From Waterburya sp. (GTDB lineage Bacteria > Cyanobacteriota > Cyanobacteriia > Cyanobacteriales > Xenococcaceae), in contig CBDCJV010000002.1 of assembly GCA_965217895.1 (NCBI GenBank), forward strand, positions 768,001 through 832,000: DNA of 64,000 bases, in the 5' to 3' direction. The stretch's first letter is position 1. Every line of letters starts with the position of its first letter. The position numbers were made by a program, and so were the translations under genes. The notes under the pieces were generated by a model. The model ran no database searches, had not been told where the DNA came from, and saw nothing but the letters and a program-made list of their open reading frames with translations. Shown here one piece after another: positions 1 to 9,114 of the stretch.

Positions 1-329
1 CCCAAGAAAGTGCCAATTAAAGTAACTTTGATTGATTAAAGAAATTACAACCTGTTTTTTACAACCGCTTATTTATCGCTAAGAAAAAGGGATTTGTATG
101 AAATTAGGCTGACGATTAGTTTGATATTATCTTTGCTGTCTTAATTGTCTGGGAGATACACCTAGCAACTTCTTCGATCATAAAAACCAACGCGGATGGC
201 TACATCTGCGATCGCTAAGCAAAAAAAATTGTTACTCAGCTAAGGTTGTGGAATGATTTAACAAGACCAAAAATTAATTACTCCCCAAGTCTCTTAGTCA
301 GCTTAAACCATCCCATTATGATGCAACTC

Positions 330-422
330 CTATTTACCTAATTCCATATTAAGTTCCTCAGCAACCGCTTGTGCTAACTGGGGATTTGCCGTATCAGCAA
401 AAAGTTGAAAATTACCAGTCAT
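330..422 (-). pseudogene. N-terminal remnant of a ribose-phosphate pyrophosphokinase-like gene (30 aa, then stop)
   Basis: Manual translation MTGNFQLFADTANPQLAQAVAEELNMELGK* resembles the Prs N-terminus (LF.G.ANP.LA..VA..L...LG); no continuation recognised. Confidence 0.5.
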
Positions 423-425
423 TAA

Positions 426-584
426 TTACTTTGGTTGGGGAATAGGTTGTGGAATAGGCGTTGGTACAGGTTGTGGAATAGGCGTTGGTACTGGCTGCGG
501 AATAGGCGTTGGTACAGGTTGTGGTTGGGGAGTAGGGACGGGTTGAGGACTGGGACTAGGAGGTGCTGGAGGTGCTTCAATCAT
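426..584 (-). CDS. 52-aa proline-rich repeat peptide
   Basis: Manual translation MIEAPPAPPSPSPQPVPTPQPQPVPTPIPQPVPTPIPQPVPTPIPQPIPQPK*; 24-bp repeat unit; not in the ORF track. Confidence 0.5.
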   Translation of the reverse strand: MIEAPPAPPSPSPQPVPTPQPQPVPTPIPQPVPTPIPQPVPTPIPQPIPQPK

Positions 585-664
585 TTTTAGTTTAGTTGTT
601 AGTTTTTACAAAAGATAATTGTAATGTTTTAAACAAGAATTAGACGGCAGTAAGCTGTTTAATC

Positions 665-892
665 TCAAACTCGTTCGATGGCAGGAAAACCTTCAGGTGT
701 GCTAGGAATTTTAATCATTACGCTTTCACAGTCGATAGCCTTATAGTATCGTAATGCTTCTTTGATCGTATCCTCTGTATCTCTGGCTAGATTAGGAGAG
801 ACTTCAATGCTGACATAGCCATCGAGTCCCCCAGTTTGTTTGTAAATCTTTTTAAAGCGATCGCAAATACTCCAGATCTCGATTCTTATCAA
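665..892 (-). pseudogene. tal: Internal fragment of transaldolase
   Basis: DGYVSIEVSPNLARD...MIKIPSTPEG includes the catalytic Lys motif, but the ORF is only 75 aa with both ends missing. Confidence 0.75.
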
Positions 893-1022
893 ATTGTAAT
901 ACAGGATCGAATAATATCAAGCTTGGCAATTCTGAACCCGCCAGATACAAGTGAACCTTTTTTATGAACTTGAAATAACATATTGAAGTGGTGATATTAG
1001 AAACTAAAAGATTTAGATACGT

Positions 1023-1964
1023 CTATTTACTGTTTAAATAGTAGTCAATTATGGTTTGTCGATAAAATAAAGGCATTCCTGTATCGTAATATTTTCCTTG
1101 AACGAGATAAGCGATCGCGCCATTAGTTTGCCTTAGTTTATCGAGACAGGTTGTCAACTGAAACTCGCCTTTAAAACGTTCATTATTATCAATTTCTGCT
1201 GCTAATAAATTAAAGATTTCTGATTCTAAAACGTACATACCAAAAATACCGAGGAATCGATCGTCAGGCATTCCTGGGACTTGTAAATGTTCTCTGGCAT
1301 ACTCTAGGGATGGTTTTTCGTAAATTTGGGCAATATCTAAAATTGATGGCGAGGGACGCTGCTTCGCAAGCAGCTTGTCCAATCGCCATGGCGATTGTTC
1401 CCTTTGCCAAGTGCCACCAACACAACCTGCTTTATGAATAATATTGGCATCCATAGGAGTTATACCGATAACGCTGGTATTTGTTTGCTGATAAATATCG
1501 ATCATTTGTTTGGCACAGGAAAACTCAGTGTCCGAAGTGTAGATATGATCTCCGAGCAATAGTAAAAACGGTTCGTTGTTAACCCAATCTTGGGCGCAAA
1601 AAACAGCATGACCAAATCCTTCTTGTTCGGTTTGAGTCAAAATTGTAATGCGATCGCCAATAGCCTGTAGATATTCAGTATATTCTTTGTTTTCGGCTGA
1701 AAGTTTTTGCCACAATTCAGGTTTTGGAGGAGACTTAAACAGATCCTCAAATAAATTGCGATCGCTTTGCTGCACCACAATTCCAATTTCTTCAATCCCT
1801 GCGCTAATCGCTTCTTCAGCGATCGCCAGAATAATTGGCTTGGCTTTACCGTCTTTGCCGATAATAGGCAGCAGTTCTTTTTTTAGCGTTTTGGTAGCTG
1901 GATACATTCTCGTACCAAAACCCGCAGCAGGAATGATTGCTTTACGTACTTGTTTACTAGACAT
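1023..1964 (-). CDS. UTP-glucose-1-phosphate uridylyltransferase / nucleotidyltransferase family
   Basis: KAIIPAAGFGTRMYPATK..KELLP, GFGHAV, LLGD, EKP and GEFQLT motifs. Confidence 0.85.
   Translation of the reverse strand: MSSKQVRKAIIPAAGFGTRMYPATKTLKKELLPIIGKDGKAKPIILAIAEEAISAGIEEIGIVVQQSDRNLFEDLFKSPPKPELWQKLSAENKEYTEYLQAIGDRITILTQTEQEGFGHAVFCAQDWVNNEPFLLLLGDHIYTSDTEFSCAKQMIDIYQQTNTSVIGITPMDANIIHKAGCVGGTWQREQSPWRLDKLLAKQRPSPSILDIAQIYEKPSLEYAREHLQVPGMPDDRFLGIFGMYVLESEIFNLLAAEIDNNERFKGEFQLTTCLDKLRQTNGAIAYLVQGKYYDTGMPLFYRQTIIDYYLNSK
1346..1394. repeat. 42-bp in-frame palindromic insertion with ATGGCGA direct repeats
   Basis: ATGGCGA at 1346 and 1388; internal hairpin GCTGCTT-CGC-AAGCAGC. Confidence 0.7.
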
Positions 1965-1968
1965 TACA

Positions 1969-2013
1969 ACAGTTAGAGCAGTTAGAGTAGAGCAGTTAGA
2001 GCAGTTAGGACAG
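1969..2013. repeat. 9-bp CAGTTAGAG tandem repeat (related copies at about 34223, 34637 and 61280)
   Basis: Visible imperfect tandem copies. Confidence 0.75.
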
Positions 2014-2136
2014 TTTTACCTTGGAGAAATGGACAGCTTTTTTCTTACTTTATAAAAAATGTCCGAATCATTGTTATTAACATTTGTCATTTAGTTTTTT
2101 AATACCATAGATTCAAATCCTTATTTGAACGAGTCA

Positions 2137-2167
2137 ATGTTTAATGTTTAATGTTTAATGTTTAATG
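2137..2167. repeat. Heptamer short tandem repeat (AATGTTT)n
   Basis: At least four tandem copies. Confidence 0.8.
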
Positions 2168-2169
2168 AT

Positions 2170-3294
2170 TTAATACATTTCATATTTCAAGAGAGTACAG
2201 GGAATTGCACCGTTATAAAGTTTGATGCGCTTGGAAGTCCTTAAACCTACCTGTTTAGATAGCTTCATGCTGCCTGTCAGGATATACACCGTCCAACCTC
2301 TAAATCTTTGTTTAAAAATATCTCCCAGCAGCTTATATAGTTCTCCTAATTCAGCTTCGTTGCCCAATCTTACGCCATAGGGAGGATTGCAAATCAAAAC
2401 TCCTCGATCTGCTGGTGCTTCAATAGTTGAAATTTCTTGACGAGCAAATTTTACATAGTCTTCAAGTCCAGAACTTTCAGCGTTAGCAAAAGCCTGTCTG
2501 ATAATTTTTAGATCGCGATCGCTGCCAATTATCGGTACGTTTATACTATCTTTTTGGCGATCGCCTGCTTCTTTAAGTAAACTTTGCCATAAATCGCGAT
2601 CGTAATCTAGCCATGTCTGAAAAGTAAAATCTCGGTATAGTCCAGGAGCGATGTCCAAAGCTTTTAAAGCTGCTTCAATCGGTAATGTGCCACTGCCACA
2701 CATCGGGTCGAGAAAAGGTAAGTCGGGTGTCCATTCCGCCATTTCTAACAAAGCTGCTGCTAATGTCTCTTTCATCGGCGCATCACCCATAGCAGGGCGG
2801 TATCCACGACGATGCAAGCTAGAGCCTGAGCTATCTAAACTTAAGATACAGTGTTCTCGATCGATGTGAGCGTTGATAATCAGATCGGGGTTTTCCGTAT
2901 CTACACTAGAGCGTTTTCCGCGCCGACTCTTCTGTAGATCGACGATCGCATTTTTAATTTGTAAAGCCGTAAAGTGAGTATGGTTAAGATTTTGACTTTT
3001 ACCTGTACAGGTAACGGCGAGCGTCATATTAGGATCGAGGTACTGCTCCCAATCTAGCTTCTGCACGTTGCGATAAAGCTCATCTCCATCAAAACTCTTG
3101 ATTCTGGCAATGGGCATTAGAATCCGAAAAGTTGTCCTTGTCCATAGGTTAGCCCGATAAAGTAATTCGCGATTGCCTTGAAAATGAACCCCTGTAAAGT
3201 CTGGGCGCACATTTTCTGCTCCAATTCTGATTAATTCTTGAGCAGCAACTTCTTCCAAACCGCGAGATGTGGTGGCAAAGTAATCATTTAACAT
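2170..3294 (-). CDS. THUMP-domain SAM-dependent RNA methyltransferase (RlmL-like)
   Basis: LHRRGYR, APMKETLAA, DPMCGSGT and NPPYG motifs. Confidence 0.9.
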   Translation of the reverse strand: MLNDYFATTSRGLEEVAAQELIRIGAENVRPDFTGVHFQGNRELLYRANLWTRTTFRILMPIARIKSFDGDELYRNVQKLDWEQYLDPNMTLAVTCTGKSQNLNHTHFTALQIKNAIVDLQKSRRGKRSSVDTENPDLIINAHIDREHCILSLDSSGSSLHRRGYRPAMGDAPMKETLAAALLEMAEWTPDLPFLDPMCGSGTLPIEAALKALDIAPGLYRDFTFQTWLDYDRDLWQSLLKEAGDRQKDSINVPIIGSDRDLKIIRQAFANAESSGLEDYVKFARQEISTIEAPADRGVLICNPPYGVRLGNEAELGELYKLLGDIFKQRFRGWTVYILTGSMKLSKQVGLRTSKRIKLYNGAIPCTLLKYEMY

Positions 3295-3408
3295 TTAATA
3301 TTCAACATTTAACATTTAACATTTAATAGCCATAGCCGTAGGGTGGGCAGAAAAAATAATTAATCATCTTGTCAATCAAAATATCCTGTTTATGCCCACC
3401 TGGTAGCA

Positions 3409-4050
3409 TTAATTTAACCTAATTTGGGTTTCGGTTTTGCTTAGATGAGAAGTATCACCATAAAAGTCTAAACTCCAGCGATTATGATCATTGCGAACAA
3501 CTTTAGTTAAGCAGCAAAGAGCAACTTTAAAGTCAGGTGTATCAGCTACTAATCCTTGGGCTGCGCCAAATACCGATACACCGTGTCCGACGATTAAAAT
3601 ATCTTCAGAAAACTGAGAAACTAATTGCCTGACTGTTTTTTCTGTACGTTGATAAACATCCGCTCTTCTTTCGGGATATTGAGCAGTCAAATAAGATTTA
3701 TAATTCCAATCAATCAAAGGGTATTCTGCCGTCAAAAAATCCTGGGGATGAATTTCTGGTTTTTCCGTCATCCATTCGGGGTTGTACCATTCACTTAAGC
3801 CAGCCTCTAGCTTAATCGGCAGATTCAAAACTTCTGCTATCTCGTTAGCGGTTTGGATAGTCCGTAGAAAAGGTGAAGCAAAAATATGGCTGATATTTTC
3901 CTGTTTTAACCTTTGTCCTAATTCTGCCGCTTGTACAAAGCCATCGTTGGATAAAGGAGGATCGTAACGTCTACGGGCGGTATTAAACCATTCTGGATTA
4001 ATAAAGTCGAGACGGTTTCCGTGTCTGGCTATCCAAACTGTTTGAGACAT
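3409..4050 (-). CDS. Histidine phosphatase (phosphoglycerate mutase-like) family
   Basis: RHG motif, SPFLRTIQTA, VGHG. Confidence 0.88.
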   Translation of the reverse strand: MSQTVWIARHGNRLDFINPEWFNTARRRYDPPLSNDGFVQAAELGQRLKQENISHIFASPFLRTIQTANEIAEVLNLPIKLEAGLSEWYNPEWMTEKPEIHPQDFLTAEYPLIDWNYKSYLTAQYPERRADVYQRTEKTVRQLVSQFSEDILIVGHGVSVFGAAQGLVADTPDFKVALCCLTKVVRNDHNRWSLDFYGDTSHLSKTETQIRLN

Positions 4051-4070
4051 TGTGTTAAATATATTTTGAG

Positions 4071-4304
4071 CTATTGTTGGTTTATACTTAGCAAAATCTT
4101 AGTGCAGGTATCATATACAAAGTTTTTTGTGTAGCTGACACCCCGATAAGTGTAAAAATGTATTGGTCTAATTAAAATAATTTCACTAGAATCAAGATCG
4201 CTTGAAAGACGGTATTTAGCCCAACGACTAACAGAATCAAGTTGCTTAGATTGAACTTCTGTTGCCTGAGATTGATAGCTAACGCCTCGATAAGTTAGTT
4301 TCAT
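4071..4304 (-). CDS. DUF4278-like small protein
   Basis: Two (L/Y)TYRGVSY motifs; ATG at 4304 preferred over the track start at 4325. Confidence 0.7.
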   Translation of the reverse strand: MKLTYRGVSYQSQATEVQSKQLDSVSRWAKYRLSSDLDSSEIILIRPIHFYTYRGVSYTKNFVYDTCTKILLSINQQ

Positions 4305-4417
4305 ACGCTTGTTTAGTAATTTCAAAATTAAGAAAATTATTGATTACTGCTTAATACGTATGACAGACTAAAAACTTGCAATAATTGTTCAATTTAGCAT
4401 TTGGGCGATCGCCTAAA

Positions 4418-4549
4418 TATAGTCATTCCAATTAATTTCCTCGTGATTGACTGGTTTTAAGTCAGAGGTCAGAGGTCAGAGGTCAGGAGAGTTTGAGACA
4501 CTTATCACAGTTTTCCTTTTTCGTATGGTTTCTATTTGGAATGACTATA
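4418..4549. mobile_element. MITE-like element with 14-bp perfect terminal inverted repeats
   Basis: TATAGTCATTCCAA (4418-4431) / TTGGAATGACTATA (4536-4549); TA termini; internal GTCAGAG heptamers. Confidence 0.7.
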
Positions 4550-4666
4550 GAATAAATACGCTCAAAAAGCGATTCAGCTCGGTCTTTGCGAAAGTCTCCC
4601 CCATGAGCGACTGAATCAACAAAGGCTTAAGCCGCATATAGCGATCGCATTAGCAGTCTAGTTTTT

Positions 4667-5167
4667 CTACCTACAGCCTAAAGATTCGCGGGTATCTATT
4701 CCTGTCTTTGGATTAACACCTGAAGCATTCTCACAAAGTTGTTTAACCTGCGATTTGTCTAAAACTGCAAAGGAAAAGTCTGCGCCATTTATTTTGGCAT
4801 CTTTAAAAGTGGAAAAAGATAAGATTGATTCTTGAAAATTAGCGTTGGTCAAATCTGCGCCATCAAAATTAGTCAAATATCCAAAGCCATAGCTAAAATC
4901 TGCCCCAGTTAAATTGGCATTAGCCAAATTAGAAGCGTTAAACACCGCACCTCGAATATCGGCATCGCTAAAATCTGCTTCTTCTAGATCGACTTTGGCA
5001 AAATCTACGCTTTGTAAAACCCTGCCAGCAAAGTCTTTATCGATCAAATCGGATTCACTATAGGTTGAGGGAGTAACCGAAGAAGAACTCCCTGCTATAG
5101 CTGGTAAAGGAACAATTAAAAGAATTAACAGCAACAAAAATGCACTTAGTCGGAGAAAATATTTCAT
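4667..5167 (-). CDS. Exported or lumenal pentapeptide repeat protein
   Basis: Signal peptide ending in AIA; A(D/N)LXX repeats; paired C-terminal Cys. Confidence 0.9.
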   Translation of the reverse strand: MKYFLRLSAFLLLLILLIVPLPAIAGSSSSVTPSTYSESDLIDKDFAGRVLQSVDFAKVDLEEADFSDADIRGAVFNASNLANANLTGADFSYGFGYLTNFDGADLTNANFQESILSFSTFKDAKINGADFSFAVLDKSQVKQLCENASGVNPKTGIDTRESLGCR

Positions 5168-5277
5168 GGATTAAATTTATTTTTAAGCAAATTTTGCTTA
5201 GAAGAACACAGTTTCTAATTGTAAATCTTCTTCTGTATCCCGTGGGAGTAATCATCCTTTAAATCACTAAAATAATT

Positions 5278-6324
5278 ATGGAAAATAATAACCAAACAGA
5301 TTTTTCGAGCTTATTACAACAACTATTAGATCGACAGTCATTGACCCAAACTCAAGCATCTCAATTAATGCAGGGATGGTTACGCTCAGAACTTGCCGAT
5401 GTCTTATCTGGAGCTATCTTAGCAGCTATTCAAGCCAAGGGAGTTTCTGCCGAAGAGTTGGCAGGAATGGCGCAGGTGTTGAAATCGCAATCTCTACAAC
5501 AAGACCAAATTATCTATGATAATCCTGTGATCGACACCTGTGGAACTGGAGGGGATGGTGCATCTACTTTTAATATTTCCACCGCAGTAGCCTTTATTGC
5601 AGCAGCAGCAGGAATCAAAGTAGCCAAACACGGTAACCGTTCTGCTTCTAGTAAAGTTGGTTCAGCCGATGTTTTAGAATATCTTGGCGTTGACTTGACT
5701 GCACCTTTACCTAAAGTGAAAGCAGCATTAGACGAAGTTGGAATTACTTTTCTCTTTGCCCGTGGCTGGCATCCGGCGATGAAAAGCGTTGCGCCTATAC
5801 GCAGTACTCTTAAAGTTAGAACAGTTTTTAATCTTCTTGGTCCACTGGTAAATCCTCTTTGCCCTACTGGTCAAGTGATCGGCGTTTACGATCGCTCATT
5901 TCTCAGTAGCATGGCGGAGGCTTTGAATATACTGGGAATTTCTAAAGCGATCGCTCTTCATGGTAGAGAAAGGTTAGATGAGGCAGGACTAGGAGATGCT
6001 ACGGATTTAATGATGTTAAATAAGGGAAAAGTTACACCAGGTATTTTTAGTCCCCAAACTTTAGGTCTAAAATCCGCTTCTTTAAAAGAGCTTAAAGGAG
6101 GAGAAGTTGAGGAAAATGCAGCCATCTTAACTAATGTGCTTCAAGGAAAGGCAAGTAAAGCGCAGCAGGATGCAGTGGCATTGAATGCTTCGCTGGCTTT
6201 GCAGGTGGGAGAAGTAGTCCCTTTTGGCGATCACCTTCAGGGTGTAAATGTTGCCCAAGAAATTATCAATAGTGGTATTGCCTGGTCTAAATTGGAAGAG
6301 TTGGTTAGATTCCTAAAAAGTTGA
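5278..6324 (+). CDS. trpD: Anthranilate phosphoribosyltransferase
   Basis: [29 protein letters not shown] and [10 protein letters not shown] motifs. Confidence 0.97.
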   Translation: MENNNQTDFSSLLQQLLDRQSLTQTQASQLMQGWLRSELADVLSGAILAAIQAKGVSAEELAGMAQVLKSQSLQQDQIIYDNPVIDTCGTGGDGASTFNISTAVAFIAAAAGIKVAKHGNRSASSKVGSADVLEYLGVDLTAPLPKVKAALDEVGITFLFARGWHPAMKSVAPIRSTLKVRTVFNLLGPLVNPLCPTGQVIGVYDRSFLSSMAEALNILGISKAIALHGRERLDEAGLGDATDLMMLNKGKVTPGIFSPQTLGLKSASLKELKGGEVEENAAILTNVLQGKASKAQQDAVALNASLALQVGEVVPFGDHLQGVNVAQEIINSGIAWSKLEELVRFLKS

Positions 6325-6356
6325 AGTTTATCTCAGATAGAAACTTCACTATGATC

Positions 6357-7554
6357 GGGAGCAAGTCAATTATGCAAGAACATAAGTACTACTGAGTAAA
6401 AAGAGTATTGTTGAGATAGGCGCATCGATGTTTTAAGACTTGTGGTACATTTTCAATTTTCCATTGCGCGCCTGAAATTTTTAGTCTTCGGTCTATCTGC
6501 TTAACGGTAGACTCCACCCCACCTGAAGCAATGGCACAAATATTTTCTGCTTGATAATAATCATAGTTGACAATGCGATCGCGATGATTTTCTAAATAAG
6601 TACAAAAGTTTTGTGCTTGTTTCTTTTTTAAAGGCGAAAATAAAGCTAAAGTTTCATTAACTTTTCCCTGCCATAAAAGACTTTTTCCTTGCTCGATGCG
6701 TTTATTTGAACCGCCGACTTTATAAAGATTCTCTACGAGATGAAACCAGTCTAGAATTTGTCTAGTTTCACCTTCGCGATTGAACTGGTTCATTAGATTC
6801 CAAATTCCTTGATGACCATCTGCCACACAATTCAACACACATCAAAGGGTTGTTGATTGACCCCTTTAACTAGTTCTTCATTCTCCTGAAACCATGCCAT
6901 TCTTGATTGTGAATCAATACAGACTGCTTTATAGTCTCTCCAGATACAGGATTGGCCTTTGCGTTCCGTTCTCAGACGTACTTTTCCTCCGTCAACACTA
7001 ATCTCTGATACTTTCGCTTCACAGTTAGCTTCCCTAAATTGATGTCGATGAACCAATCTCTGTTGAGTTTTCTCTGAAACTATCATTCCTGTGTATCTTG
7101 CTACATCTTGAGATGCACTCTCATAAGAGACATTGGCACTAGCTCTGAGGCAGCATTCCGTTAAATAAGGACTAATTCTTTGATGAGATTTTATTTTTAG
7201 TCTATGACCTTGTTTTTCGCTAATTGGCAGTTTTCCAATGATACTCTTGATGTTTCTTACTCTTCCTGCTTTTGTTCCTGTAGTTTGCTGAATAAAAAAA
7301 TGCCCAATTGAGGGGTAATGTATTCAAGAGTTTGTTCTCTAATTGTCGCTTCTATTTTACCTAGACTCTCTACTTGTTCTGCTTCAGTTTCTTGATAAAG
7401 TAAAGCAGCAATAGCTTCTATGTGTTGCGCTAACTTTTGTTCTGTTTCAGGAGTCATTTATTTTTATTTTGTCACTGCTAACTTTGGCTTTATTCTACCT
7501 TCTACTTTTTTATTCACTTTAGTTCATTTGTTCTGTCAAAACTGACTTGCTCCC
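6357..7554 (-). mobile_element. ISKra4-type insertion sequence (IS256 relative), about 1.2 kb, degenerate
   Basis: Imperfect terminal inverted repeats GGGAGCAAGTCAATTATGCAAGAACA / GGGAGCAAGTCAGTTTTGACAGAACA enclosing transposase fragments. Confidence 0.85.
6389..7457 (-). pseudogene. Transposase split over three reading segments
   Basis: DGGKVRLR, DGHQGIWN, LDWFHL, SGGVES and KISGAQW motifs; frame change at the T7 run near 7294-7300 (possibly programmed) and a second one near 6835. Confidence 0.85.
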
Positions 7555-7992
7555 ATCGCCTTCTCTTAAATGACGTCCATCGCGATCGGCTATATATGTT
7601 ACTTCTCCATCCACATCAAAGGCTAAATGCTTGAAACGAACTGCTCTTACAGTCCCCTCACCAGCTACCCAGTTACGAATGGGGCTTTTGAGTGTCGCTA
7701 CAGTACGAACATTTAGAGGTGCGGTTTTGGTAACTATCGCCTGTTCGCTGTTTTTATCCCGAATCCGCATTACGGAGATGCCTCCAACAGCTAGTACTAA
7801 ACTCAGGATAGGAATGACCCATCAGAAGTTCTTACTTCCTTTTGACTCAGGCTGTTGCTCTGCTTGTGGCAAATTTGGATTCTCTACAGTTGATTCGACT
7901 ACAATTGTTTTTTCAAGATCGTCGTTGGTAGGTTCTAGATCGGCGAACTCCTCGGAATTAGTTGAATTTATTTTAGGTATAGACATAGACAT
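7555..7992 (-). pseudogene. Truncated efflux (RND/HlyD-type) periplasmic adaptor gene
   Basis: ATG at 7992; in-frame TGA at 7822-7824 just before the TM helix (NF*WVIPILSLVLAVGG); GTVRAVR..LAFDVDGEV..I...LREGD is cut at the IS end. Confidence 0.75.
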
Positions 7993-8050
7993 GAGTAAAT
8001 TTAATTATGGAAGTAATGAATAGAAGTAATTTAGAAAATATTTATCTTGA

Positions 8051-8080
8051 TGACCAAGTAGTTATGTGACTTATTGGTCA
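8051..8080. promoter_or_regulatory. Putative tandem TetR operator (two TGAC-N6-GTCA-like sites)
   Basis: TGACCAAGTAGTTA tg TGACTTATTGGTCA upstream of the adaptor pseudogene. Confidence 0.65.
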
Positions 8081-8195
8081 CATTACGACACAAATATTTT
8101 TTGCTGTTAATTTAGCTAACAGTAATCGCTCTCAAAATAGGGTTGAACGAGTTAAATATTTATTAATTGATAGCAGCGATCGCAAAAACATTTAT

Positions 8196-8909
8196 TTATC
8201 TCTTAGAAGTAGTAGCAACTCTCGTCGCCTTGCTTTTAGTAGATTTGGACGGGCTTTTGCTACCTAATCCGCATTCGAGAATTTGAAACAGGTCATCATA
8301 TATTTGGTTAATAGCATTCAGATCGATATCTTTATCTACTCCTTTCTCAACTAACTGTTTGGTATCCAAACCGAGTTGTGCGGGAATATAATGTCTCAAT
8401 CCTTCTCCTAAAGTATTAATGGCGAAAACTGCCATATCTAAGTTGATATCATTGGCTACATCTCCCTGTTCGATACCGTTTTGCACCAACTGCTTTAAAT
8501 ATTCGTTAGATGAGGCTTGAGTCATAGCTAAAACTTCTTCACGAAAAGGTATATCGCCATATACGGCACGATTGATAATTTGGCTTAATGCGGGATGAGT
8601 TAAGTCAAATTTAGTCCCCACGCTAAATAACCAACGTAGGTAGGGGAAGAAACCCATATTGGATTCGGGTGGTTTTGCCTGTTGCATGAAGGCTAGTTTC
8701 TCTTTGTTAGCTAGATCTACTAGATATAAATAAAGCTCTTTTTTGTCTTCAAAATATTGGTAAAAACTGCCTTTAGCGATCTTCGCTTGTTTGACAATTT
8801 TGGTAATCGAAGCATTTTGATAATCGTTATTAGCAAATTCGGCGATCGCCAGATCGGTAATTGTCTGTCGCTTTTTATTTGGTAGGTTAAAAAATGTTTG
8901 GTTTGGCAT
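8196..8909 (-). CDS. TetR/AcrR family transcriptional regulator
   Basis: N-terminal HTH ASITKIVKQAKIAKGSFYQYFEDK. Confidence 0.92.
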   Translation of the reverse strand: MPNQTFFNLPNKKRQTITDLAIAEFANNDYQNASITKIVKQAKIAKGSFYQYFEDKKELYLYLVDLANKEKLAFMQQAKPPESNMGFFPYLRWLFSVGTKFDLTHPALSQIINRAVYGDIPFREEVLAMTQASSNEYLKQLVQNGIEQGDVANDINLDMAVFAINTLGEGLRHYIPAQLGLDTKQLVEKGVDKDIDLNAINQIYDDLFQILECGLGSKSPSKSTKSKATRVATTSKR

Positions 8910-8934
8910 AGCAAAAAGCTATTGATTTGTATTA

Positions 8935-8964
8935 TGACTGTTACGTCACATGACTTATTAGTCA
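8935..8964. promoter_or_regulatory. Putative tandem TetR autoregulatory operator
   Basis: TGACTGTTACGTCA ca TGACTTATTAGTCA upstream of tetR. Confidence 0.7.
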
Positions 8965-9114
8965 CACAATGACAACATAGCTGTCAATTTTTAGAAAAAT
9001 TACAATAGCTAAAATTATTGTATTCCCCTACTATTTAAGAATTATCAAATTTTTGTGATAATTATCAATTTTTTATGATACTAATAATAGTTTAATTCAG
9101 GAGTAACCCTAGTC

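Noticed and set aside
2137..3326. Inverted heptamer arrays flanking the methyltransferase as a mobile cassette
   Set aside because: The units differ (AATGTTT versus AACATTT is not an exact inversion), such arrays are common here, and there is no mobility gene
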